A stretch of DNA of 33,320 bases from assembly GCA_037137755.1 (NCBI GenBank), contig JBAXJR010000026.1, forward strand, positions 1-33,320. Reading direction: 5' to 3'. This document shows, piece after piece, positions 20,069 through 28,111 of this stretch. The notes beneath the pieces were generated by a model. That model worked only from the letters and a program-made list of their open reading frames with translations. It had not been told where the DNA came from and made no database searches. How positions within the stretch are numbered: position 1 is the first letter of the stretch; each line of letters opens with the position of its first letter. The DNA is from Methanomicrobiales archaeon (GTDB lineage: Archaea; Halobacteriota; Methanomicrobia; Methanomicrobiales; Methanospirillaceae). Position numbers and translations under genes: made by a program.

Positions 20069-21700
20069 ATGGGCCGTATTACCATCATGCCTGAAGGAAA
20101 AAGCGGGCCCCTTCGGGAAGGGGAGACACTGCTATCCCATTTTCAACGGCTTGGTATCCATATTACTGTCGGATGCGGGGGTACCGGTGAGTGTGGTACC
20201 TGCCTGGTACGGGTACTGTCTGGTTCAGGGGCCCTCTCCCTACCGACCCCATCAGAGAAGAAATGGCTGGATACACCCGGGGGGCGTCTTGCCTGCCAGG
20301 CGATAGTGCTTGATGAAACAGCAGCTATTATTGTCGAAACGAGGGAGACGGGGGCATTTTCAATTGTTAGCGGGGGTATCCGGGCAGAATTTGAGAAAGG
20401 CCCGTTGATCGCGGTGAAGGATGTGAATGGGCGACGGGTGATTGTCCGGGATGACCACATAGTAGATTTCCTGACAGGGCGGTGCGCAGGGATATCTTTT
20501 GATGCCGGCACGACTACCCTCGTCATCCGGTGGTATGATCTTGAAGGCGACAGCTGTACCCCGCTTGCAACAGCCTCGATATTAAATCCACAGGGAATGT
20601 ACGGGGATAATGTGATAGACAGGGTAGGTTATGCGACAGCTTCCCCTGACGGGCAGTCCCGGATGGAGCAGGTACTGGCTGAGGCCATTCAACGCGTACT
20701 GTCATCAGGGCCTGTAAAACCTGCCGAAATATACGATATCGTCGTTGTCGGGAATACCGTAATGCGGGACCTGATCTGCGGTCTCCCTGTCCACTCCCTT
20801 GGACGATCCCCCTATGAATCATGCCATCCCGGACCGATCGAGCTCCCGGCAGTCGATAGGAAAATCATGATCCATCCTGCAGGGCACCTGTATGCACCAC
20901 CAGTCCTTGGCCAGTTCGTCGGTGCCGACATGCTTGCAGTCCTCCTCGCGGTGGGGATGCACCAGCGGGATGAGGTCATAATGGCCATCGATATTGGCAC
21001 GAATACCGAGATTGCGATTGGGAACCGTGAAAAAATCCTTGTTACGTCCTGTGCATCCGGGCCGGCATTTGAAGGTTCGGGTGTGAAGTGCGGGACCGGG
21101 GCAGTGAATGGTGCGATCCAGCAGGTCCGTATCCTGCCCGATGAATCTGTGTCCTGCTCGACAATCGGGAATGCATTGCCTACCGGTATCTGTGGTTCAG
21201 GACTGGTGGACACCCTGGCGGAATTGCTGGAACACGGGTTCATGAATGTGGCAGGAAAGTTCACCGGTGGAAGGCAACGCTTTGTCCTGGCGTACCGTGA
21301 TGAGCAACCTGGGTCCCCAATTTTTCTTGATGAAGAGGATATTGATGCCATTAAACTTGCAAAAGCAGCAATTTTTACCGGGGTCCGGACACTTCTTGGA
21401 AGATGGGGGGCAACTCCTGATCATCTCTCAAGGATATACCTTGCAGGGGCATTCGGGACATCAATTGATCCCATAAAAGCAGAACGGATCGGTATGATTC
21501 CATCATTGCCCCGCGATCGTGTGGTACAGGCAGGAAATGCGGCTATCGAGGGTGCCTCCATGATACTCCTCTCCCGTTTGAAACGATACGAAGCAGAGAA
21601 GATAGTGGCGATCACCGAACATGTCAGTCTTGAAAATGAACCCGGGTTCGAAGATATGTATATTGACGGGCTCGGGTTTGGTCCGATCGAAAACCCGTAA
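20069..21700 (+). CDS. ASKHA-family ATP-dependent reductive activator of corrinoid proteins (RACo/AcsV-like) with N-terminal [2Fe-2S] domain
   Basis: CGGTGECGTC...RLAC ferredoxin motif, DAGTTT, NPQ..YG.NVI.R, GNTVM, FVGAD, DIGTNTE, GPAFEG, GICGSG, LAGAFG and GNAA motifs. Confidence 0.92.
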   Translation: MGRITIMPEGKSGPLREGETLLSHFQRLGIHITVGCGGTGECGTCLVRVLSGSGALSLPTPSEKKWLDTPGGRLACQAIVLDETAAIIVETRETGAFSIVSGGIRAEFEKGPLIAVKDVNGRRVIVRDDHIVDFLTGRCAGISFDAGTTTLVIRWYDLEGDSCTPLATASILNPQGMYGDNVIDRVGYATASPDGQSRMEQVLAEAIQRVLSSGPVKPAEIYDIVVVGNTVMRDLICGLPVHSLGRSPYESCHPGPIELPAVDRKIMIHPAGHLYAPPVLGQFVGADMLAVLLAVGMHQRDEVIMAIDIGTNTEIAIGNREKILVTSCASGPAFEGSGVKCGTGAVNGAIQQVRILPDESVSCSTIGNALPTGICGSGLVDTLAELLEHGFMNVAGKFTGGRQRFVLAYRDEQPGSPIFLDEEDIDAIKLAKAAIFTGVRTLLGRWGATPDHLSRIYLAGAFGTSIDPIKAERIGMIPSLPRDRVVQAGNAAIEGASMILLSRLKRYEAEKIVAITEHVSLENEPGFEDMYIDGLGFGPIENP

Positions 21701-21735
21701 TTACAAATCACGATAATACAAGGGAATTTGCCATG

Positions 21736-22668
21736 CTACGCAAGTTTCACGGTGTTTTGATTAGTTATTACAATCCGGTGCTCTTCCTCCAATTCCCTGA
21801 GATACAGGTCAAATGCCCTCCTCGTTACACATCCTGAGGTTCCCTTGCCGGAAGACAGACCCACAACCTGCATGGCAAGGTCCTCAACCCCGATGTCCCC
21901 CGATCGATTGAGAACTGACAGGATGGCGTCTTTCGTCGAAGGGAGCCCGCAACTCTCGAACAATGCATCCCTGAACAAGTCCCCGGCCTCCTGCATCAAC
22001 GGGTAACGGGGGTCCATTTCAGCCAGGCAGTAGTTTTCAGCTTCATCGTTATGCTGTTCATCATAACAGAACCTGGATAGGAAATCCAGGTCGTGCGTAT
22101 CAACACCGGTAAGTTTTCCCGCGATGCAGGAGGCAGAGCCGCAGGGGGTATCTCTCTGAACTTCTACCTGGTTGATTCTCCCCGACCCTCGGTCAGTGGA
22201 TACTCGAAGAAGCGGCCTTCCAAAAAATTTCAGGAATTCGCCTATCAATGGATCATTGCTCCGGGAAAGACTGCAAAATGGCTCAGGAAATTCGACGTGA
22301 ACCCCCATTTCAGTCAGTTCATCAGTGATGGTCTTCCTGGCTTCCGGGATTGTGTCCCGGTCCTCAATGGGGTACAGAACTGAACGGACGTTGAGCCTCC
22401 TGGCAATACAGGGGATCAGATCGCTCAGGCGTCCGTGGACCCCGAGGACTATCAGCAGGTCCGCACCGGTCTCCGGAAAATCAGCCGGTATATAACGTTC
22501 CGGATTTTCGAAAAAGCTGTCCGGCCCCAGTGTATCTCCGCCATGGACCAGGACCTGTTCCGGCCTCATTTCGTATGCCCCGCTGACCTGGTCTCCCAGC
22601 CCGCCGAGGCTGATCGTATTGATTATCTGCTCCCCAAAGGGGCCCGAATAGAGAAAAAAGATCCTCAT
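21736..22668 (-). CDS. DUF166-family protein with putative C-terminal winged-helix extension
   Basis: YSGPFGEQ start, FPEPFCSL, FGRP, V.RDTPCGS and CLAEM motifs recalled for DUF166; ATG 22668 overlaps the upstream stop (ATGA). Confidence 0.72.
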   Translation of the reverse strand: MRIFFLYSGPFGEQIINTISLGGLGDQVSGAYEMRPEQVLVHGGDTLGPDSFFENPERYIPADFPETGADLLIVLGVHGRLSDLIPCIARRLNVRSVLYPIEDRDTIPEARKTITDELTEMGVHVEFPEPFCSLSRSNDPLIGEFLKFFGRPLLRVSTDRGSGRINQVEVQRDTPCGSASCIAGKLTGVDTHDLDFLSRFCYDEQHNDEAENYCLAEMDPRYPLMQEAGDLFRDALFESCGLPSTKDAILSVLNRSGDIGVEDLAMQVVGLSSGKGTSGCVTRRAFDLYLRELEEEHRIVITNQNTVKLA

Positions 22669-23330
22669 GACTTTTCCTGCATGAAGCCCCGGCATTTTCT
22701 CAGACCGTCAATACAATCCCTGCCGTACGCGTCTGCACCAATTGTCCTTGCAAACCCCTCGGTTACTGCGTGTCCTCCTATGATGACACGAACACGGTCC
22801 CTGAGTCCTGCGACCTCAAGTCCATGTAGTACCTCACTCATTGCCGGTAGCGTTGTGGTCAGCAGGGATGACATGGCGAGGATATCCGGTGTGTTATCCC
22901 GCACTGCCTCAACAAACTTTGCACAGGGGACATTGACACCGGTGTCGATGACAAAAAACCCGTCAGATTCAAGGGTAACGGCAAAGATAGTCTTTCCGAT
23001 ATCATGGACATCGCCTGCCACCGTGCCGATTACAACCACCCCTTTTCCTTCTTTTCCGGGAGGGAGAAGCGGTTGTATCAGTTCGATAGCCCGTTTCATG
23101 TTCCGGCCCGAAACAATCAGGTCAGAATTGAAATACCTCCGGAACCCGGGGTCTTCGTACCCCTTTCCGATCTCTTCAAGGCCAAGCTGTAGTTCGCCAA
23201 AAACCGCGAAGGGATCTATCCCGCTATCGAGTTGCAACTGACAGTACTCCCTGATTTTTGTGCCCTTAAAATCGAGCAGAACGCTAACCAGGTGTGAAAG
23301 TGCGGTTTCCCTGAGAGGATCATCTGCCAT
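22665..23330 (-). CDS. Stand-alone corrinoid (B12-binding) protein, MtaC/MttC-like
   Basis: Four-helix cap followed by GTVAGDVHDIGK (DxHxxG), SSLLTTT, IIGG and IGADAY motifs. Confidence 0.93.
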   Translation of the reverse strand: MADDPLRETALSHLVSVLLDFKGTKIREYCQLQLDSGIDPFAVFGELQLGLEEIGKGYEDPGFRRYFNSDLIVSGRNMKRAIELIQPLLPPGKEGKGVVVIGTVAGDVHDIGKTIFAVTLESDGFFVIDTGVNVPCAKFVEAVRDNTPDILAMSSLLTTTLPAMSEVLHGLEVAGLRDRVRVIIGGHAVTEGFARTIGADAYGRDCIDGLRKCRGFMQEKS

Positions 23331-23565
23331 ATGATATCCATCCAGGCTGGAAATACCAGATAAGTGTAAGAAATTCGGTTCGGTTGTTCGTCGACATGGT
23401 GTATCCTTTCATTGCTCCTGCATCCGGGTACTCCGGGCGATCGGAACATAATGTCAAATGGGCATATCCCGCGGCCCGAATATCCTCCGGGCTGAACTGG
23501 CATGGTCGCCAATGGTTTTATGCGACACTTCTGCCACCTGTTTGCGGGAAAACGATTGGCAACTC

Positions 23566-24999
23566 CTACCGGTAACTCCACCCCGGTTTGTGATCGATCC
23601 CTTCCCATTTCTCTCTGAGGTATCCGGGAATTCCTGCGGAATCACGCGGTCCCACCATGACATCCCATTTTATTGCATCCTCTATATCGCCTTTCAGGCG
23701 TGCAGCCAGACCCGGGATTATCAGGGTCCGGTGAGTGACTTTTTCTGAAATTCCCGATGAACTGATGACATCGGCTACTTTCTGGGCATTGAATTTTCTC
23801 CCCGCAACGGCTGAGTCAACGGAAAGGCCTTCGGTATCAGCCACCAGCAGGTAACAGTTGAGCTTTTCAATATCAGAGAGGACCGTGTAATACGTAAGGG
23901 CAAAGTTCGAGGTAATCAGTACGGGGCTTGTTACGGGGTCAGGGGTACCAAAGATCCGGAGCCCGGGTTCGACACTCACCGGTTTTCTCGGGTCATTATA
24001 CAGGTTATTGACAAGGACCACCAGGGGTAATGTCGACCACATCGACGGGTCCCTGATGATCATAAGATCCGCATACCGGATCGTCATCATTGACGCAAGG
24101 CAGGACTCCATCCAACGGATTACTTCGTCCTGCATGGAATTCTGCTGGTCCCAAAGGGTTACCGGCGACCCGATCAACGGGTGTCCCAGTAATGAATCAT
24201 CGCCGGAAATCGCGGAAGTCCTGATCATGGTCATATTGTCGAGGGAACCGCGGAGTGTTTCCCCAAATCCACAGCCCGGGTCGATGAGGAGATTTTTCAC
24301 ACCCCTGTCTGAAATCGCGGAGATAAGCGACCGTATTGTACCGACGTTTCCGTCGGCATGAACCGAAAGGGGGCATCCGGAACTGTTCGCCAGTTCGGCC
24401 ATCTGCTCCCAGTTTGACTCATCGGCGGCATAAATGAGTGGTCTTCTCTCTCCTGCCACCTCAAGTCCTGCTGCCATAATCACCGGGTCAGATGACCAGA
24501 GGACCAGAGGCATCTCAGTCTGCCCCATTACCATCTCCACAGTTTTTCGGAAGGTTCCGGCATCACCGGAAAGCGAACGGATAGTGATACCGTCGAGTTT
24601 CAGGGTATGGCCGATATATGGATAAGAAAACGAACTGGTATCCCTAACACGGCTGGCAATATCGTCTGCGGTCATCGTGTCATATACCGTGGTAAAGATC
24701 GCGGTCTTGTTAAAATAACGGAGCTCGTGCCGGTGCATGACCAGCTGGCCGCCAACCCTGATCTCCTGTTCACCCCGGCCGATCATGACCTCTTTTACCG
24801 GTGGGGCGAGGAGTGCCTCAAGTTTTTCGAGATTGACCTGGAATTTCGGGTCTGTAAGCGGAGGACACTGGGCCAGTGCCAGGCCACGCTCGCAGAGCTG
24901 AACGGCGAATCCCATGCAGGTCTTCGGGATGCACTCCCCACAGTTGGTACGGGGAAGGAGCGGGTAAAGATTCATCGGGCCTAGCTTTTTCTTCGTCAT
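23566..24999 (-). CDS. cdhE: ACDS complex gamma subunit (corrinoid Fe-S protein, large)
   Basis: LPRTNCGEC-x4-C-x16-CP [4Fe-4S] motif, YNDPRKP, T.NFALTYYTV, IIPGLAA and VGPRDS. Confidence 0.96.
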   Translation of the reverse strand: MTKKKLGPMNLYPLLPRTNCGECIPKTCMGFAVQLCERGLALAQCPPLTDPKFQVNLEKLEALLAPPVKEVMIGRGEQEIRVGGQLVMHRHELRYFNKTAIFTTVYDTMTADDIASRVRDTSSFSYPYIGHTLKLDGITIRSLSGDAGTFRKTVEMVMGQTEMPLVLWSSDPVIMAAGLEVAGERRPLIYAADESNWEQMAELANSSGCPLSVHADGNVGTIRSLISAISDRGVKNLLIDPGCGFGETLRGSLDNMTMIRTSAISGDDSLLGHPLIGSPVTLWDQQNSMQDEVIRWMESCLASMMTIRYADLMIIRDPSMWSTLPLVVLVNNLYNDPRKPVSVEPGLRIFGTPDPVTSPVLITSNFALTYYTVLSDIEKLNCYLLVADTEGLSVDSAVAGRKFNAQKVADVISSSGISEKVTHRTLIIPGLAARLKGDIEDAIKWDVMVGPRDSAGIPGYLREKWEGIDHKPGWSYR

Positions 25000-25010
25000 C
25001 CTGGTTCCTC

Positions 25011-26186
25011 CTAATGCCCCACCCCGATGAAATCAGGAAATGTCGGGGGGTTTATTCCATCTGCAAGCCACCCGACGATGTCCTCAATGGTCCTTGCCCC
25101 CCCCGGGTGGACCATGATAAACAGGTCAATACCTGCAAGAAGGAATGCAAGGGCCCCGGTAGTCTCCCACAACGGGCCCCGGTACTCACGTGGTCCCAGT
25201 TCGGGATCCCGTTTCCAGGCCTCACGTGCGCCCCACGAATTTGCAGTCCCTGAAGCCATCGGGCACTGGAGCTCCTTATCGCCCATCAGGCCTGCATAAC
25301 GTATGCGTTCCATTACCGAGAACGAGTACTCAAGTCCGTATCCCAGCGCCGCAGATGTCGGGTCCATGATGATCTGGTCGGGGGGCAGGTAGCCCATCAG
25401 CTTCCGGTTCAGCTCCTTGGCCTGGTTGATATCGATCGGGCTCCACGCGAGGACAATATGGTTAAATTCCTGGGCAGCCTTTGCCACTGGTTCCCACATG
25501 CTCATGGTGGCTGATGAGAGAAGGATCCGTTCCCCGGCACATACTTCAGCTATTTTCGGGAGGAGTTTTGCATCTTTTTCAGGATTTCCCGACCCTCCGA
25601 TGATGAGTGGTACATCCACTGCCTGGAGGAGGTCCTCCACGAGGCTGACGGCACGCTTTACGGGTGTATCCTTGAGGTACGGGTCCGTGCTGATCAGGTC
25701 AAGGTCGATTAAGTCAGCACCATAACGGTCAACCCAGGCCTTTGCCCAGGCACAGGGATCCTCAAGTGCGTCTCCGAACGACTCTTTGACCGGCCCCGGG
25801 AGTGGCGGGACAATATCGAAAACACTCCCGGCGACCACGGGGGAATGGAGGTCTGTCCCCTCGAACAGGTGGAATGGTGGTGTCGAGGCCCCACCGATGG
25901 TCACCGATTTTACCCGGCTCCCACCGTCTCCCCTGGTTGAGCCCAGGATTACTTCCCTTATTTTCCCCGGGTATGACCGGACCGGTGGTGTATACCCGAT
26001 ATCAACAAGCCCGGGCAATGGTGCCAGCAACGGCATCTGCCCGCCCAACGCCGGGAACCCTGAGAGATCTGATAAAGAAATCGTAAGTTCCTTTGCGGTC
26101 AGGGTGACTCCTTCCAGTTCTAATTCGCCATCCCCCGCAAGGAGTTTAATCAGGCTCCGGATCAGTGCGTCCTGCCCGTTTTCCAT
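25011..26186 (-). CDS. cdhD: ACDS complex delta subunit (corrinoid Fe-S protein, small)
   Basis: ISTDP, VDVPLIIGGSGNPEKD, MDPTSAALGYGLEY, NSWGAREAW and RGPLWE motifs. Confidence 0.96.
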   Translation of the reverse strand: MENGQDALIRSLIKLLAGDGELELEGVTLTAKELTISLSDLSGFPALGGQMPLLAPLPGLVDIGYTPPVRSYPGKIREVILGSTRGDGGSRVKSVTIGGASTPPFHLFEGTDLHSPVVAGSVFDIVPPLPGPVKESFGDALEDPCAWAKAWVDRYGADLIDLDLISTDPYLKDTPVKRAVSLVEDLLQAVDVPLIIGGSGNPEKDAKLLPKIAEVCAGERILLSSATMSMWEPVAKAAQEFNHIVLAWSPIDINQAKELNRKLMGYLPPDQIIMDPTSAALGYGLEYSFSVMERIRYAGLMGDKELQCPMASGTANSWGAREAWKRDPELGPREYRGPLWETTGALAFLLAGIDLFIMVHPGGARTIEDIVGWLADGINPPTFPDFIGVGH

Positions 26187-27569
26187 TTATTCCCTCCCTT
26201 TTCGTACAAAGATCCGGTCCGCATGGAGCCGGATATTATGAAATGTTATCGAGACCCCGGCCCCCGACCCTGATGGTAAAGGTCGGCTGTCCCGTGAACT
26301 GTCCGCAACGGTCCCGACAGAGTCGGAGATGGTTAATTCAGCAGTTCCTGTCCGGGCAAGGATTGGATGATGGTGTGCCTGTAGGAACCCCATCATCTCA
26401 TCCACGGACGTTACGTCCTTTTCGGTCGCTATCTGATCGTACAGGTCGGCCGGGATAAATGCCTTCAGTTTCTCCCGCACATCCGCAGGGATCCATACGA
26501 TCCGCCCCCATCCGCCGCTCGCCCGCAGGAACCGGGGAGACCTCATATACTCGAAAGAGAGCCCGTGAAAACCATCCACCTGCCTCCCGCCACCTGTTGA
26601 GTCCGCAATGGAGCCGAAGCTCAGTCCCGTGGGAGTCACACCCCGGAAGTCCCGGTTTACAATCCCAAGCCCATCGCATTCAGGGACATAAAATGTCGTA
26701 CATTCAAAGCAACCGCAGGATGTATGGGGATAGCCAAATGCCGTATACAGCTGGACTCTTGCAACATCAGACAGGGATTTTTCCTTAACAACACGGTTTA
26801 CTCCTTCATATTCCCCGGTTTCGGGATCGATGCAGATACCCTTCTGGATCTCATAGATCGGGCCTCTCGGGTCAACCCTTGAAGCAGCCCGCCCGTCAAG
26901 CCAGCTGATCGCCCCGCAGTTGGCGTACCGTTCCGGCGTGATCACACAGACGTGGGAAGGTGCAAAGGACTGGCAGAGTGAACATCCATAGAAAACATCC
27001 ACGTCCTCATCGGTCATTCCCCGGGTCCTTGCGTCGCGTTCCTCGTAAGTCTGGACCGCTACGGCATGCCATCGGTGCACAAGCGCCGGATCGGTGATCA
27101 ACGTCACACTTATACGGTCGATAATCGGGAGAGCACTCCGGAAAAGCCTGATCAGCACCGTCCCGACATGACTGAGCGTAAGGCCCCGGGCGACCGCCTT
27201 TTTATCAACCCGAAGCCAGATCCCGTCCCTCTGGTTGAGGTGCATGAACCCCTCGATCCAGTTACAGAAGTCGTGGATCCGACGTTCCATGACCGCTTCC
27301 ATGTCCCCCTCCAGCTGGGCCCCGGCAACCTCCACGCATATGCCAAAAGGGATAGCTCCGCCTACAGCCATCTCGGAGAGATCGGGACCAAGCACTTTTA
27401 CCTCTCCGTCATTGACCTCCTCCGGTTTTTTCACCCTGAGTATCTCAAATTTTTCCTGTACCTGAGGGCCCCCCAGCTCGACATGCATCGTCTGTTTCCG
27501 GATGCGTTCCCCTTCATATACAACCCCGATTTCGACAGGGATATCGGAGAACATTCCATCGGTTGTCAT
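26187..27569 (-). CDS. cdhC: ACDS complex beta subunit (acetyl-CoA synthase)
   Basis: YEGERIR, EGFMHLNQR, FYGCSLCQSFAPSHVC and PHTSCGCFE A-cluster ligands; ATG 27569 overlaps the cdhB stop. Confidence 0.96.
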   Translation of the reverse strand: MTTDGMFSDIPVEIGVVYEGERIRKQTMHVELGGPQVQEKFEILRVKKPEEVNDGEVKVLGPDLSEMAVGGAIPFGICVEVAGAQLEGDMEAVMERRIHDFCNWIEGFMHLNQRDGIWLRVDKKAVARGLTLSHVGTVLIRLFRSALPIIDRISVTLITDPALVHRWHAVAVQTYEERDARTRGMTDEDVDVFYGCSLCQSFAPSHVCVITPERYANCGAISWLDGRAASRVDPRGPIYEIQKGICIDPETGEYEGVNRVVKEKSLSDVARVQLYTAFGYPHTSCGCFECTTFYVPECDGLGIVNRDFRGVTPTGLSFGSIADSTGGGRQVDGFHGLSFEYMRSPRFLRASGGWGRIVWIPADVREKLKAFIPADLYDQIATEKDVTSVDEMMGFLQAHHHPILARTGTAELTISDSVGTVADSSRDSRPLPSGSGAGVSITFHNIRLHADRIFVRKGRE

Positions 27570-28111
27570 GTGCACCCTACCTCATCGGCGATTGTATTCA
27601 GGTGTGTTACCCACTCATCTCTGGTAAGGTTTGGAAATGAAAGCGTGCAATGTGGCTGGTACCGCTGATCAATTGAAATAAACCGGATACCTTTCGGAGC
27701 GAACGATTTCAGTCCTGACTGGAGCAGCCACCCCATAATGTAAGGGAAACCGATAAACAGGACAAGGTCGGGGTGCTGGTGGTCATTGCTGATGCTCCAG
27801 TCCGGATCGTTCAGCCGTGACCCGATCTCCATTGTTGAAAGTGTAGCCGTTGGATTAAAGCCCCTTTTTCTGAACGCTGGGGCAGTGGACGGTGTCGTGA
27901 TAACTGGAATTTTTCCGGCATCTGCAATCCGGATAATGATCTCCACCGGATTTCCTGCGGTACTGGCCGGGACCTCTGCAAGGTGGGCTGCCACAATAAG
28001 CGGGTGAGTTGCTTTCTTCAACAGGGCTGCAATAACCGCTGGTTTGGTAACCACCGTTGACTGGGTGCTGCCGGGGACCTCGTAGCGCTGCCATGGTGTA
28101 TCGTAGGTCAC
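27566..28111 (-). CDS. cdhB: ACDS complex epsilon subunit
   Basis: PWQ..VPG, L.DPDW, DLVLFIG, LKSFAP, YQPH...SFPNL motifs; sits between the alpha and beta genes. Confidence 0.93.
   Translation of the reverse strand: MTYDTPWQRYEVPGSTQSTVVTKPAVIAALLKKATHPLIVAAHLAEVPASTAGNPVEIIIRIADAGKIPVITTPSTAPAFRKRGFNPTATLSTMEIGSRLNDPDWSISNDHQHPDLVLFIGFPYIMGWLLQSGLKSFAPKGIRFISIDQRYQPHCTLSFPNLTRDEWVTHLNTIADEVGCT

Noticed and set aside
21736-22668. Selenoprotein form of DUF166
   Set aside because: No in-frame TGA; the motif positions examined are Cys codons
23518-23568. Pyrrolysine read-through of the cdhE TAG towards the corrinoid gene
   Set aside because: An in-frame TAA follows after 15 codons, and there are no pyl genes in the window
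23566-24999. HgcA mercury methylase
   Set aside because: Lacks the N(V/I)WCAAGK motif (has GLSVDSAVAGRK) and the C-terminal TM helices; it is a full-length CdhE
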